DNA of 64,000 bases from Escherichia phage BEU50, in sequence record OM632671.1, one strand, 5' to 3'. Shown one piece after another: positions 48,075-59,233 of this stretch. The translations under genes were made by a program, and so were the position numbers. Every line of letters starts with the position of its first letter. The stretch's first letter is position 1. The notes beneath the pieces were generated by a model. That model saw nothing but the letters and a program-made list of their open reading frames with translations. It did not search any database and had not been told where the DNA came from.

Positions 48075-49847
48075 TTAATTAACACCGGTGGCATGGAAAA
48101 TTCCAGGAGCCGTTGTACTTGTTACAGGGGTCATATTCTGGACTACGGTATTCTTTTTGACGACATTATTTGTGTTACTAATCGCCGCTACCGGTTGCTG
48201 TTGTTTAGATTCAGAAGCACGTCCTTTCTCTATTGACTGAACTTGTTTTGCTTCTGGAGATTTAGATGAAGATTCAGGCTTAACTGTTGTCTGAGCCTTT
48301 TTGGCTTCAGCCATTTTATTATTTAGCTTTTCAAATCTAGCATCTAATTCCTTTTTAACAACAGGAGTTTTATTAAGTTCAGGGTCTTTAATAAGTTTAC
48401 TTAAATCGGCATAAGACTTCTCGACGTTTTTAGCATTTTCCGGATTAGTCATATCGATTTTATCGATATAATCCTCAAATCTAACCAGTGCCGCACGAGT
48501 TTCATTAGCTTTTATATACGCCTCTTTACGCTCCTCTTCAGGTAAATCTTTTAATTTTGCTGATTCCGCAGCACGCTCATCACTTGTACTAAACTCTTCT
48601 TTATTGTCATTACCACGAACCCAGTTAGTAACGAATGTTTTACCGCGTTGTAACATATCAAGACCTTTAGAAACGGTTCCTAATTCCCCATCGTCACGCT
48701 TCATTTGATATTTAGCGACTTTCTCTTGGTCTTCTTTCTTTAATTTGTTCCCAGTAGTTTCTTGGAATCCTTCCAAAGCACGTCCTTCTATTTCGTCCGC
48801 GGTATCACCAAAACCTATAGCACGCAATATAGACGCGGAGAGTTTAGCCATTCCTAATTGAATTAGTTCACCTAAGTTCATTAATGCTGTTCCTACACCT
48901 TTGACAATAGCAACGGTTAAACCACCCCAGTCTCCAGCTTCCCACAATTGTTTTATCGAGTCAATAGAAGTGAATATATCACTTAAGAATTTACCCCACT
49001 CTTTAGCTTCATCGGAGAATTTAGTAAAGTTTTCATCAAATAAATCCCAGGCAGAAGTGAACTTGTCTGTCCAATATTTGAAATGGACTATCAATAAATC
49101 AATACCGATAACAATACCAAGAATAAGTGCGGCCATTTTTGCTGCTTCAATAGCAGCCGTTATAGTGTATTTGAAAAGCATTCCAGCAATTCTGTCTGAA
49201 ATTGATATTGATTTATTAAACCCGGTTTGAACTGTTTTGGTGAGCATTGCAATTTTATCGCTCAATTTAAAGCTAATTCCGCCTTTAGAATCGGAAGTAG
49301 AATTAGCACTTTCTTGAACCGGGGCCGGGAAGAAATCTTCGTCTGGCTTATTATCAATCTTTTCAGGTGTAGGGAATGCTTTAAACAACTCATCAGAAGT
49401 TTCATTCTCAACCACTTTAACAGGTATTGCGTTCTCAATTACTTCAAGAGAGGTGCCTCCTGTATTTTGAATAGCGGTAGATGTTTGTAATTTTTGCTCT
49501 AATAATGTAGCTAATCGGTCTAACTTAGAGCTTATTGCACTAGAAACTTCGTTTATACTTTTAGTGACTTCAGTTTGTTTTTCAATAACTTCTGCGATAA
49601 GCTCTGTGCCTTCAGCAGTATTATCTGTCGAATTCTTTAAGTCTCCAATTGATTCAATAATTCCATTGCCTTTATCTTCTACACTTTGTGATGTGAGTTC
49701 AGACGCGGCTTGGACATCGTCTAGTTTTGATGAAATGTCATTCAATGCTTCTAATGAATCGGTAGCTGCTGTTGCAGCTACTTTTTGTGGTTTATTATCG
49801 GCAATGACCTTATTTCTACGCATGGATTTCATTTCTTCAGGTTTCAT
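48075..49847 (-). CDS. 29: tail length tape measure / baseplate hub gp29
   Basis: 590 aa; synteny and length. Confidence 0.85.
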   Translation of the reverse strand: MKPEEMKSMRRNKVIADNKPQKVAATAATDSLEALNDISSKLDDVQAASELTSQSVEDKGNGIIESIGDLKNSTDNTAEGTELIAEVIEKQTEVTKSINEVSSAISSKLDRLATLLEQKLQTSTAIQNTGGTSLEVIENAIPVKVVENETSDELFKAFPTPEKIDNKPDEDFFPAPVQESANSTSDSKGGISFKLSDKIAMLTKTVQTGFNKSISISDRIAGMLFKYTITAAIEAAKMAALILGIVIGIDLLIVHFKYWTDKFTSAWDLFDENFTKFSDEAKEWGKFLSDIFTSIDSIKQLWEAGDWGGLTVAIVKGVGTALMNLGELIQLGMAKLSASILRAIGFGDTADEIEGRALEGFQETTGNKLKKEDQEKVAKYQMKRDDGELGTVSKGLDMLQRGKTFVTNWVRGNDNKEEFSTSDERAAESAKLKDLPEEERKEAYIKANETRAALVRFEDYIDKIDMTNPENAKNVEKSYADLSKLIKDPELNKTPVVKKELDARFEKLNNKMAEAKKAQTTVKPESSSKSPEAKQVQSIEKGRASESKQQQPVAAISNTNNVVKKNTVVQNMTPVTSTTAPGIFHATGVN

Positions 49848-50377
49848 TCAAGCAATCCAATAATTTCTGCTATACCCTTAATAGGGCCATTAGGGCCTGG
49901 AATAGCAATAGTTGTCGAAAGGTCTTCTGCCCATTTGATTACAAAAGCAGGCATCTCAAGGAAAGAAATTTCTTTCTCTTCGTCATTAACTTTTATTAAG
50001 CAATTTGATAGCATTTCACTGATTGTAGCGAATTGTTCAAATTTGCCTGGGGGTCTAAAATAAAAAGTATTACCTTGAAATTGGAATTCTGTTCGTTGGC
50101 ATACATAGACGTCATCTAGTTTATAAGTGAATCCATCTTTTTCAACTTCAGACTTAAGTTTGTTATTAAATTCCAATATGTGTAGACATGCAAAATCAAA
50201 ATCGGCGGGACTCATATTTTTACAAATAGAATCAGCTAAGATTTTCATGTTTTCGTCAGGACCTTTAACGTCCTTTAAAAGATTATAATGTTTGAGCCCT
50301 AATTTGGGAATCATTACCTTTTTATTAGACTGTGGTAGAATTATTTTCTTTAGAGGTAGAATCAGATTTAAGTTCAT
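49844..50377 (-). CDS. 28: baseplate hub distal subunit gp28
   Basis: 177 aa; synteny and length. Confidence 0.8.
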   Translation of the reverse strand: MNLNLILPLKKIILPQSNKKVMIPKLGLKHYNLLKDVKGPDENMKILADSICKNMSPADFDFACLHILEFNNKLKSEVEKDGFTYKLDDVYVCQRTEFQFQGNTFYFRPPGKFEQFATISEMLSNCLIKVNDEEKEISFLEMPAFVIKWAEDLSTTIAIPGPNGPIKGIAEIIGLLE

Positions 50378-51497
50378 TTTTAACCTTAACTGGGTTAACA
50401 GGTTCTAACACCATTGAGTTGGTAAACATGTACAGATGAGTTTGTGAGTTGTTATTTGATAACTCATGAATAACTTCATCGACGTAAAATTCGGATTTGA
50501 ATTGGTTCTTTTGGTCAACAAATATAATTTTAGTAGCAGGCGTTATGTTAAAATTACCTGTAGTAGTGCATTTAGCATATCCGTCATATTGAGCCATTGT
50601 CTGAAGACGACTTGCTTCTTCAAATCCATTACGATAGGTCATTTCGGAATATCCACCGGATCTTGACACAAGAATAGCATTATCACCATCGCCTGTAACA
50701 ATAACCGGAATAGATGTATCTAAAAATGAATGGGCGAATATTGTGGCGTTTTTAATAGGGTCTCTTGTAAATTGGTTGGCTTTAGTCATCCAGGTAAAAT
50801 CCCATACTAATGGATACTCAAGCTCTTGAATATACTGACCTACGGTATTTGGCTCGCCTACAACCATCTTAATGCCTTCCTGACCAATAAGAGTATCGTA
50901 GTCAATCATGTTTACGCCTAAAATATCTTGCCATACGAATACGAACTTATCACTCGCTGTAGCAAGTCCTAATTCTCTGACATATGCCAAATAATCATCA
51001 AATGTGCTTGTCCAAGGGATATCAGGAACATAAGCATTAATAGTGTTTATTGGCGGAGTAATTAACGCACGATCTTTGTATATGACACCTAACATTTCAC
51101 GTATAGATTCGCCTGCGTCCGGGAAGAATGGTCGCCCAAATTTAAGGTTCTCTATAGAATGTATTGTTCCAAGCTCAATTGCAATAATATTGTCACCTTT
51201 TGAGTCCACAGACACAGAATAATGTCTACATCCATAAATTCGAGTTCTAACTTGGAGAGGTGTGTTTGAATTTGAAACAGAGATTTGAACTATCTGTCTA
51301 CCATCCATTTTAGTGTGGATGTTTTTAGTGTCATAAAATTGAAGAATCCCTTCATTTCTTCCATATAGCGAATCTCGCATGGTTAAAGTTGTTATTGTTG
51401 CTGCGAGTTCAACGTATCTATTTTCTTGCCAAGCCGAATAATCTTGGTATAATTTAACGCTTAAGTTAGGATATCCTGGACGTTGGAATACTGTCAT
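50325..51497 (-). CDS. 27: baseplate hub subunit gp27
   Basis: 390 aa; synteny and length. Confidence 0.85.
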   Translation of the reverse strand: MTVFQRPGYPNLSVKLYQDYSAWQENRYVELAATITTLTMRDSLYGRNEGILQFYDTKNIHTKMDGRQIVQISVSNSNTPLQVRTRIYGCRHYSVSVDSKGDNIIAIELGTIHSIENLKFGRPFFPDAGESIREMLGVIYKDRALITPPINTINAYVPDIPWTSTFDDYLAYVRELGLATASDKFVFVWQDILGVNMIDYDTLIGQEGIKMVVGEPNTVGQYIQELEYPLVWDFTWMTKANQFTRDPIKNATIFAHSFLDTSIPVIVTGDGDNAILVSRSGGYSEMTYRNGFEEASRLQTMAQYDGYAKCTTTGNFNITPATKIIFVDQKNQFKSEFYVDEVIHELSNNNSQTHLYMFTNSMVLEPVNPVKVKNELKSDSTSKENNSTTV

Positions 51498-52246
51498 TTT
51501 TTATGGTCCTTTTCTACTAATGTTAAAGCAATACCACGTTCAACAGGAATCATTTGCATAATAGAATCCAATGTGTATTGACTCTTTACTAGTGAATGGT
51601 TTATCTGATAGAATGTAAAAATCTCATCAGGGTTAACTAACAATTTAAAAACCTCTAAGATATCAGTATATGTTTTAACATGACGTTCACAACAACCTAA
51701 TCTAAGGGTCAAATTAATAGGGTTCATAGAAGCAATAACCTTCTCGAGCGAGTCAATGTCTATTGCTTCTATTACTTGGATTTGGTTCTCTTCAGTCAAA
51801 TCATTCCATGGGTACCATTCATCATTATAATATATTTCTTTTATGTTTTCACTTATCATTAATGCCTTGTTGTCATAAAACTTTTCAGGGAAAGAAAAAC
51901 GTATTTTTATACCAGCAACATCAAGTTCAGGTTCGACTAGTTCTTTTTGATATATCTCAAATGGTGCAGTTTTTTCTTTAGAGCATTTAGGGCAAGTGAA
52001 AATAACGGGAACTTTTGTTTTGCCTATAGAGCCTGCAAAAACTTGCAGGAATATAAATGGTTGCCATGTTTTAGGGTATTCGTTAAAATAATCATCAATC
52101 AGATCGGCAATTATTTCTTTTTGTTCTTGCGGCGAACGATGTTCGATATCATTTCTAACTAGTAAAAAGTCTCTATAATCCGCTACGGTGAACGGCTTAA
52201 AACGATGAACACCATCCGGTAATTTACAACGAATTATATTAGCCAT
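51494..52246 (-). CDS. 51: baseplate hub assembly catalyst gp51
   Basis: 250 aa; Cys pairs; synteny. Confidence 0.8.
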   Translation of the reverse strand: MANIIRCKLPDGVHRFKPFTVADYRDFLLVRNDIEHRSPQEQKEIIADLIDDYFNEYPKTWQPFIFLQVFAGSIGKTKVPVIFTCPKCSKEKTAPFEIYQKELVEPELDVAGIKIRFSFPEKFYDNKALMISENIKEIYYNDEWYPWNDLTEENQIQVIEAIDIDSLEKVIASMNPINLTLRLGCCERHVKTYTDILEVFKLLVNPDEIFTFYQINHSLVKSQYTLDSIMQMIPVERGIALTLVEKDHKK

Positions 52247-52263
52247 AATTACTCCTTTTCTAT

Positions 52264-52275
52264 TATTTATAAATA
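52264..52275. promoter_or_regulatory. bidirectional late promoter, palindromic TATTTATAAATA
   Basis: TATAAATA readable on both strands, 18-19 nt from the ATGs of divergent genes 51 and 26. Confidence 0.6.
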
Positions 52276-52293
52276 CACAATAAAGGAGTTAAC

Positions 52294-52920
52294 ATGTACA
52301 AATATACGTTTACCGTACGTTTAGGCGATAAAGAAGTGAATTGTAGAGCCTTTACTTTAAAAGAATATTTAGGACTCATAGGTGCGCGGGCTACCGGTAC
52401 TATTGAATCAGCAGTGAACAATATTATCACTAATTGCTCTAACGCTAAAAACTTGACTAAACAAGAAGCCGAGCTATTGTTGGTAAATCTGTGGGCACAT
52501 TCGTTAGGTGAAGTGAATCAAGAACACACCTGGAATTGTTCCTGTGGGCATTCATTTCAAGTCTATATGAATTTATTGCACACTCAATTGGATGAACAGG
52601 CCGATCCCTGGTATTCGTTCAGTGGCATTAAAATTAAGTTCCGTCAACCTAAATTATTTGATGATAAAAATATCGCATTAATGATTGCTTCATGTATTGA
52701 GGCCGTTTTTGTCAATGGAGAGTCCATCCCTGTTGAAGATTTAACTGAAGCAGAAATAAACGACCTTTACGGCCTTATAACAGAAGATGACATGATCAAT
52801 ATTAAAAATCTTTTGGTATCGCCATCAATTTATCTGGCAACCCCTATTAAATGTCCCAAATGCGGGGCGTCACACGTTCACACAATACGAGGCCTCAAAG
52901 AATTCTTTGAGTTACTATAA
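52294..52920 (+). CDS. 26: baseplate hub subunit gp26
   Basis: 208 aa; RBS AAGGAG. Confidence 0.8.
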   Translation: MYKYTFTVRLGDKEVNCRAFTLKEYLGLIGARATGTIESAVNNIITNCSNAKNLTKQEAELLLVNLWAHSLGEVNQEHTWNCSCGHSFQVYMNLLHTQLDEQADPWYSFSGIKIKFRQPKLFDDKNIALMIASCIEAVFVNGESIPVEDLTEAEINDLYGLITEDDMINIKNLLVSPSIYLATPIKCPKCGASHVHTIRGLKEFFELL

Positions 52921-53318
52921 TGTCTAATATCAATAAACTTTATTCAGATATCGACCCAGAAATGCGCATGGATTGGAACAAGGACGTTGCTCGTTCTGTA
53001 GGACTTCGTTCTATTAAAAATAGTCTTCTTGGTATAGTGACAACTAGAAAAGGCTCACGCCCCTTCGACCCTGAATTTGGATGCGATTTGGTCGACGAAC
53101 TTTTCGAGAACATGACACCGCTTACAGCCGATACGATTGAGCGTAATATCCAGGCAGCCGTCCGCAACTATGAGCCGCGCATCGACAAACTTTCTGTAAG
53201 TGTAACGCCAGTATATGATGACTATACGGTTATAGTAGAGATTAGATTTTCGGTCGTAGATAACCCTGATGATATCGAACAAATCAAACTTCAGTTAGCA
53301 TCAAGCAATAGAGTGTAA
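52920..53318 (+). CDS. 25: baseplate wedge subunit gp25
   Basis: 132 aa; synteny. Confidence 0.85.
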   Translation: MSNINKLYSDIDPEMRMDWNKDVARSVGLRSIKNSLLGIVTTRKGSRPFDPEFGCDLVDELFENMTPLTADTIERNIQAAVRNYEPRIDKLSVSVTPVYDDYTVIVEIRFSVVDNPDDIEQIKLQLASSNRV

Positions 53319-53398
53319 TGCTTCAAGGCAACCTATGTATAATGGTTTTAGGTCCTTCCGATACAGCCGGGAGATTATTAGTTAAAAGAGAGAATATT

Positions 53399-53812
53399 AT
53401 GAAGCTGGAAGATTTACAGGAAGAGTTAGACGCAGACTTAGCTATTGATACGACAAAGTTGCAATATGAGACAGCGAATAATGTTAAGTTATACAGCAAA
53501 TGGCTACGTAAGCACTCATTTATTCGTAAAGAAATGTTGCGTATAGAGACTCAGAAGAAAACTGCTCTAAAAGCGAGATTAGACTACTACTCGGGACGAG
53601 GTGACGGTGATGAATTCAGTATGGACCGATACGAGAAATCTGAAATGAAAACTGTCCTGGCTGCAGATAAAGATGTGCTTAAAATAGAGACTACTTTACA
53701 ATACTGGGGAATTTTACTTGAGTTCTGTAGTGGTGCACTTGACGCAGTTAAGTCTCGTAGTTTTGCACTTAAACATATCCAGGATATGCGAGAATTTGAA
53801 GCGGGGCAATAA
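53399..53812 (+). CDS. uvsY: UvsY recombination mediator
   Basis: 137 aa from ATG 53399 (MKLEDLQEEL…). Confidence 0.9.
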   Translation: MKLEDLQEELDADLAIDTTKLQYETANNVKLYSKWLRKHSFIRKEMLRIETQKKTALKARLDYYSGRGDGDEFSMDRYEKSEMKTVLAADKDVLKIETTLQYWGILLEFCSGALDAVKSRSFALKHIQDMREFEAGQ

Positions 53813-54036
53813 TGCGTTATTCAATTGAAGATGCCTTTAATAACGATGAAGAATTTGAAACTGAAATTAAATTCTTAATGGAAAAGTATCGTCTACGTCG
53901 TCAGGATATTCGTATCCTGGCAGACCACCCTTGTGGCGAAGACGTCCTTTATATTAAAGGGAAGTTTGCTGGGTACATCGACGAGTATTTTTATACAAAA
54001 GATATGGGTATCGATATGTGCATGCGAATGGTATAA
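53812..54036 (+). CDS. hypothetical small protein (uvsY-adjacent)
   Basis: 74 aa ORF. Confidence 0.45.
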   Translation: MRYSIEDAFNNDEEFETEIKFLMEKYRLRRQDIRILADHPCGEDVLYIKGKFAGYIDEYFYTKDMGIDMCMRMV

Positions 54037-54068
54037 ATAGATATGTAATTTCAACTTAGGAGGCAATC

Positions 54069-54236
54069 ATGTCAGATAAGATTTGTGTTGTCTGTAAAAC
54101 TCCAATCGATTCTGCATTGGTTGTTGAAACAGACAAAGGTCCAGCACATCCTGGTCCTTGTTATAATTATGTCCAACAATTGCCGGTTTCAGAAAGTTCA
54201 GAAGAGCAATTGAACGAAACCCAACTTTTACTATAG
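54069..54236 (+). CDS. hypothetical small Cys-containing protein
   Basis: 55 aa; RBS AGGAGG; CVVCK…C; not in ORF track (under 60 aa). Confidence 0.35.
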   Translation: MSDKICVVCKTPIDSALVVETDKGPAHPGPCYNYVQQLPVSESSEEQLNETQLLL

Positions 54237-54294
54237 TGTTACCTTTTTTGCCTATGGTTTTTGGCCCTTCCAAAAAGGTCGGGCCTTTTTTTAA

Positions 54295-54525
54295 TTAGAA
54301 GTCTTCTTCCGCATCCTCATCGTCGCCTTCAAGTTCGGCACGCTTACCTGCTAAGGCATCCCTGACAGAAATATCATCTGTATCTTTTAATTCCGTTTCT
54401 TTTATACGTTTCTTATAATAAGCTTCCAATTCTTCAAGCCCTTCTAAGGTATGACAACTAGCAATTTTACCCATGAATTCGTCAATAGATGCTTCGTATA
54501 AAAATTGTTTAAATTCAAGTACCAT
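54295..54525 (-). CDS. UvsW.1-like small protein
   Basis: 76 aa immediately downstream of uvsW. Confidence 0.6.
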   Translation of the reverse strand: MVLEFKQFLYEASIDEFMGKIASCHTLEGLEELEAYYKKRIKETELKDTDDISVRDALAGKRAELEGDDEDAEEDF

Positions 54526-54535
54526 TTTTATCTCC

Positions 54536-54552
54536 TAAGGGCCGAAGCCCTT
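54536..54552 (-). other. intercistronic stem-loop between uvsW and uvsW.1
   Basis: TAAGGGC-CGAA-GCCCTTA on + strand, just before uvsW.1 RBS. Confidence 0.4.
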
Positions 54553-56065
54553 ATAAATTAATTGTTTTCATTACATAGTTAAATTTCTCATCAGCGTAAC
54601 GTTGGATACGATCAATACCGTGTTTTAACAAGTAATTAAGATGAGTATACTTCTTTTTAGTATTTAATGATTTAGGTTTTACACCTGCGTCATCTATGAG
54701 ATCCCAAACTGTAGCAACAGCTTTAGAACCGTGCTTACGAAGCACACGACCTACGGTTTGAAGTACGATAATTTTTGATTTAACACCATGGGCAAAAATA
54801 ACATGATGAAGATTCTTGACTGAAATACCAGTAGAGAATACTCCATATGATGCAACAATAATAATGCCTTTACCATTTTCTGCCATGACTTTAAGCGCGT
54901 TACGTGTTTCAGTATCAACTTCACCTGATACGTAATAAACTTTTTCGTATCCAAGCTCTTTAATAGCTTCAAATATTTCTTTACCGTGTGTAACGTGTTT
55001 AAACATTACAAAGGCGTTCTCGTCTTTCTTAGCCAATTTGACTGAAAGTTGAGCAATCCACTTTGTACGTCGTTTTAGTCCGGTAATAATTTTAACTTCT
55101 TCTTGGTATGTTTTACCTTTTAATTTAACAGTGAATTCGTCCGGATAACGAAGGAAAATACTATTAATCTTAAGCTCAGTTACCTGTCCATCTTCCATTA
55201 ATTTAGACGTGCTAACAGGACGGAAGATTTCGCCGAACATGCCTACATACTGCATTACATTGGCTTTTCCGTCTCTTAATGAGCCGGATAAACCGAATTT
55301 AAACATGCAATTATTTAATCCTGAGATGATTGAAGAAATACTTTTGCCTGTTGCTAAGTGGCATTCATCGTTCATCATCATACCGAACTGAGAGAACCAT
55401 TCTTTAGGCTGCTTAACTACCGTTTGCCATGTGCCAACAATAATTGGAGCGTCGTTTTTAGATTTGTCCGCTTTATCAGCACCACCGCCAATTTTCTTAA
55501 TCATCGAATGACTAAACAAGCGATAATCAACAAAATCATTAGCCATCTGGGTTGTCAATGCTGTTGTAGGGACGATAATGAGAATTTTACCTTCATAGTT
55601 CTCTAGATAATACCGAGCTAAAAGTGCTTGGATTAGTGATTTACCTGCTGATGTCGGAAGGTTTAAAATTCGACGACGATTAACTAGTCCTTCATATACT
55701 GCATCTTTTTGATACCAATGTGGTTCGATTTTGGCATTGCCGGAATAAATTTCTTGTTTAGAAAGCCATGCGTCAAAATCTTCCCTGGTAAGGTCTTCGG
55801 TCTCAAAGATTTTAGGGTCAATCCATACAGAATAACTCATATTGTTACAGAACTTTTTTATTTGTCCTACAAGTCCATATGGTAACAAACGATTGTAATC
55901 TAAAAGTCGAATTCTACCATCCCAGTTCCCATATTTGTAACGCGGGTTGAATTTGTACCCATCGGCTTCAAAGCTAAAAAAGTCACGAAGTTCGTAAAAC
56001 GTACTTTCGTCGCATTCAATGCGCACGTGACTAAAATCATAAAAATGTACTTTAATATCTGTCAT
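54551..56065 (-). CDS. uvsW: UvsW RNA-DNA / DNA helicase
   Basis: 504 aa; Walker A PTSAGKS, DECH box. Confidence 0.9.
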   Translation of the reverse strand: MTDIKVHFYDFSHVRIECDESTFYELRDFFSFEADGYKFNPRYKYGNWDGRIRLLDYNRLLPYGLVGQIKKFCNNMSYSVWIDPKIFETEDLTREDFDAWLSKQEIYSGNAKIEPHWYQKDAVYEGLVNRRRILNLPTSAGKSLIQALLARYYLENYEGKILIIVPTTALTTQMANDFVDYRLFSHSMIKKIGGGADKADKSKNDAPIIVGTWQTVVKQPKEWFSQFGMMMNDECHLATGKSISSIISGLNNCMFKFGLSGSLRDGKANVMQYVGMFGEIFRPVSTSKLMEDGQVTELKINSIFLRYPDEFTVKLKGKTYQEEVKIITGLKRRTKWIAQLSVKLAKKDENAFVMFKHVTHGKEIFEAIKELGYEKVYYVSGEVDTETRNALKVMAENGKGIIIVASYGVFSTGISVKNLHHVIFAHGVKSKIIVLQTVGRVLRKHGSKAVATVWDLIDDAGVKPKSLNTKKKYTHLNYLLKHGIDRIQRYADEKFNYVMKTINL

Positions 56066-56070
56066 AATAA

Positions 56071-56814
56071 TTACCTTAAACGGCCTTTAACATATCCATC
56101 TGGGATGGATAACGGATTTACTAATTTATTTATAGCCCCGTTATTTACCCATATTCTGCCGGTGGTCGTAGGTTTTACTTCACAGCCCTTTCTAGATTTT
56201 CTATTAAGTTGGACCATTCCTTTTACAAATCCTTCAGGCATCGGGTCCTCGGCTGATATAAATCTGTTTTCTTTACCGTTGTTAACACAAATTTTATTTA
56301 GAGTTGTAGGATTTTTAGGACCTTTAATTTTATCAATCTTTGGCTTTCCTGTACCATACCGCCCGTGGCATGTTGGGTCTTCAGAGTATCGACGTTTATT
56401 TGTTTCAGATAGTTTTCTTTTTGTTTCTTCCGATCTGTGTTTTCCTAAAAGATTATGACCAAGCCTCTTTATTCGTTCTTTAGCACTATTAGACATTTTA
56501 GTCTTATCAGCTTCGGTGTACTTATACCTTCCACCTTCACCGCCTTGGCGCATATTATAATACTCGTTAGATTTGACCAAATCCTCTGTTACTAACTGAG
56601 CTTCGTATTCTAAAGCTTCAGCGGAAGTTTCAAATTGTTTAATTATTGAACGTTTAAATGATTCTTCTCCGTATTTTTTGATAGCGCGATTTAAGGCAAC
56701 ACCTGACCCTAGATACGAATCATTTAAATTTTCTGTAGAATGTTTGCCAATGTACTTTTTACCATTGATTAAATTTACGGTCTCATAAACAAAGTGATAC
56801 ATACTCTTTTCCAT
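56071..56814 (-). CDS. GIY-YIG homing endonuclease (seg-like)
   Basis: start taken at MEKSMYHFVYE; GIY-YIG motif region; late promoter upstream. Confidence 0.7.
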   Translation of the reverse strand: MEKSMYHFVYETVNLINGKKYIGKHSTENLNDSYLGSGVALNRAIKKYGEESFKRSIIKQFETSAEALEYEAQLVTEDLVKSNEYYNMRQGGEGGRYKYTEADKTKMSNSAKERIKRLGHNLLGKHRSEETKRKLSETNKRRYSEDPTCHGRYGTGKPKIDKIKGPKNPTTLNKICVNNGKENRFISAEDPMPEGFVKGMVQLNRKSRKGCEVKPTTTGRIWVNNGAINKLVNPLSIPDGYVKGRLR

Positions 56815-56830
56815 GTAATAAATATAGTTA

Positions 56831-56838
56831 TATTTATA
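56831..56838 (-). promoter_or_regulatory. late promoter TATAAATA
   Basis: minus-strand TATAAATA upstream of the seg-like gene. Confidence 0.5.
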
Positions 56839-56851
56839 ATGAGGAAATATC

Positions 56852-57520
56852 ATGATCGATAAAGACTATATTGAAGAGTTACGTGCTCTTTCTGATAAAA
56901 AGGAAGCCAAAGCTAAACTGTTTGAATATGCGGAACAATTTGGCATTAGTGTTAAGAAAACAAAATCATTCGATAATATTGTTATTGATATCGAAGAAGC
57001 TCTTAACGCACTGGCTGATGAACCATTACCTGAAACTGATGGATTATCTATCACTGATTTAATTACTGCCGCAGATGATGTGGACGGTGTTAATTTCACC
57101 AACGAAGAAGTTAAAGAAGAAGCTATTCTGTTGTTTGATTCTCCAACAGAACAAGTTGAAGTATTAGAAGTTGTCGAACAAGAAAAAGAATTCGACCATG
57201 ATAAATTCAAAGAAGCAATTACTCAGGTTGTTGAATCTGAAAAAGAGCCTGAGACAGAGGTAAATAAAGAAGTAAAATTTGTTCTGCCTGAAAATTTTAG
57301 TCCTACACTCATTAAATTAGGCAAAGGCCTAGGATATGTTACTGTTCCTTGGTGGATTTATCAATGGATCGCTGAAACCCCAGATTGGAAATCTCGCCCA
57401 ACTAGTTTTGTGCATGCTTCTGCTCACCAAACATTATTTAGCTTAATTTATTATATTAATCGCGATGGATCAGTTCTAATTCGTGAAACTCGTAATTCTT
57501 CTTTCGTAACATTAAAATAA
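56852..57520 (+). CDS. inh: Inh-like protein (prohead protease inhibitor position)
   Basis: 222 aa, acidic; RBS GAGGAAA; between seg-like gene and hoc. Confidence 0.6.
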   Translation: MIDKDYIEELRALSDKKEAKAKLFEYAEQFGISVKKTKSFDNIVIDIEEALNALADEPLPETDGLSITDLITAADDVDGVNFTNEEVKEEAILLFDSPTEQVEVLEVVEQEKEFDHDKFKEAITQVVESEKEPETEVNKEVKFVLPENFSPTLIKLGKGLGYVTVPWWIYQWIAETPDWKSRPTSFVHASAHQTLFSLIYYINRDGSVLIRETRNSSFVTLK

Positions 57521-57529
57521 GGATAACTT

Positions 57530-58660
57530 ATGGCTTTTACAGTTAATATAACTCCTAAAACACCTACTGGAGTTATAGGACAGACTCAGCAGTTTACTGT
57601 CACACCCAGTGGTCAGGCTGAAGGTGGAACTATTACATATGCTTGGACTGTGGATGATGCTCCTCAAGTAGGATCGGCAGAAACTTTTGATTACGTGTTA
57701 AAAGGACCTGCTGGAACAAAAACAATTAAAGTTGTTGCAACAAATACTATTCCTGATACTGACGCTGAAACAGCAGAAATTACTACGACTATCACGGTTA
57801 AAAATAAAACTCAGACAACTACGTTGGCAGTAACTCCCAATAGTCCTCCAGCAGGAGTAATTGGAACAGCTGTTAAATTTACCGCTGCTTTGGCTTCGAA
57901 GCCATCAGGTGCATCTGCTACGTACCAATGGTATGTTGACGGTTCTCAAGTTAGTGGAGAAACTAACTCTACATTTAGCTATACTCCAACTACAAGTGGA
58001 GTTAAAAAAATTAAATGCGTAGCCCAAGTAACCGCGGCAGATTATGATGCAAAGGAAGTTACTTCTAATGAAGTATCATTAACGGTTAATAAGAAGACAA
58101 TGAATCCACAGGTTACATTGACTCCTCCTTCTATTAACGTTCAGCAAGATGCTTCGGCTACATTTACCGCTAATGTCACTGATGCACCACCAGAAGCACA
58201 AATTACTTATTCATGGAAGAAAGATTCTTCTCCTGTAGAAGGGTCAACTAATGTATATACCGTTGATACCTCGTCTATTGGAAGTCAAACTATTGAAGTT
58301 ACTGCAACTATTACTGCAACTGATTACGATAGCAAAACTATTACAGCAGAAGGTCAAGTTCAGGTAACTGATAAAGTTGCTCCAGAACCAGAAGGTGAAC
58401 TACCTTATGTTCATCCTCTTCCACATCGTACTTCAGCTTACATCTGGTGCGGATGGTGGGTTATGGATGAAATCCAAAAAATGACTGAAGAAGGTAAAGA
58501 TTGGAAAACTGAAGATCCAGATAGTAAATACTACCTGCATCGTTACACTCTTCAGAAGATGATGAAAGACTATCCGGAAGTTGATGTTCAAGAATCACGT
58601 AATGGATACATCATCCATAAAACTGCTTTGGAAACTGGTATCATCTATACATATCCATAA
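57530..58660 (+). CDS. hoc: Hoc outer capsid protein
   Basis: 376 aa; repeated Ig-like segments. Confidence 0.8.
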   Translation: MAFTVNITPKTPTGVIGQTQQFTVTPSGQAEGGTITYAWTVDDAPQVGSAETFDYVLKGPAGTKTIKVVATNTIPDTDAETAEITTTITVKNKTQTTTLAVTPNSPPAGVIGTAVKFTAALASKPSGASATYQWYVDGSQVSGETNSTFSYTPTTSGVKKIKCVAQVTAADYDAKEVTSNEVSLTVNKKTMNPQVTLTPPSINVQQDASATFTANVTDAPPEAQITYSWKKDSSPVEGSTNVYTVDTSSIGSQTIEVTATITATDYDSKTITAEGQVQVTDKVAPEPEGELPYVHPLPHRTSAYIWCGWWVMDEIQKMTEEGKDWKTEDPDSKYYLHRYTLQKMMKDYPEVDVQESRNGYIIHKTALETGIIYTYP

Positions 58661-58665
58661 TCGTA

Positions 58666-58693
58666 AGGGGCTTCGGCCCCTTTCTTCGTTTTT
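58666..58693 (+). terminator. rho-independent terminator GGGGC-TTCG-GCCCC plus T-rich tail
   Basis: after hoc. Confidence 0.7.
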
Positions 58694-58761
58694 AAAGCAT
58701 ACAAAACACAACTTGAGATTGATGTATATAATGGCACAAACCAAATAATACGGGATTGATT

Positions 58762-58956
58762 ATGAGAGCTGAAGTTGAAGTTTATACATTACATGAGGCG
58801 GGATTTTCATTCGTAGAAATTGCTCAAAAAATTGGTTTACAACCTAAAGAAGTTGGATTACTATGGACTAAAGCCGAGACAGCTCGGTCAAAGTTTAAAG
58901 CAAAAGAAAAAGTTGTATACCGTAAACGTTTGATTAACAAAAAGGTGAAGAAATGA
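58762..58956 (+). CDS. hypothetical small protein
   Basis: 64 aa from ATG 58762. Confidence 0.45.
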   Translation: MRAEVEVYTLHEAGFSFVEIAQKIGLQPKEVGLLWTKAETARSKFKAKEKVVYRKRLINKKVKK

Positions 58957-59204
58957 GTTTTGCACAGGAATTAAGAGAAAGGGCACTGGCCACTAAAGCT
59001 AATTTGTTGAGTGATTTTATTACTAACTTCTCTGTGATGGCAGAGAAAGCCGCTGATAAAGGCCAGACACAATTCACGTACTACCCGTCAAAGAACGATT
59101 TAACTATAACTGAACAAGTCGGTCAATGGCTTCGTGATAACGGCTTTCAGTACAAAATTAATCACGACCAGCGTGATGGGCACTGGATAGAAATCAAGTT
59201 CTAG
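58953..59204 (+). CDS. hypothetical small protein
   Basis: 83 aa ORF. Confidence 0.45.
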   Translation: MSFAQELRERALATKANLLSDFITNFSVMAEKAADKGQTQFTYYPSKNDLTITEQVGQWLRDNGFQYKINHDQRDGHWIEIKF

Positions 59205-59205
59205 T

Positions 59206-59233
59206 ATGCTTTACATTTTTTGATGGTATAATG
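59206..59233 (+). promoter_or_regulatory. middle promoter (MotA box TGCTTTA plus TATAAT)
   Basis: box 13 nt upstream of TATAAT, before rnlB. Confidence 0.55.

Noticed and set aside
54067-54273. Minus-strand 68 aa ORF between uvsY region and uvsW.1
   Set aside because: The + strand has a better candidate (54069-54236) with AGGAGG RBS and ATG; the minus ORF overlaps the terminator hairpin.
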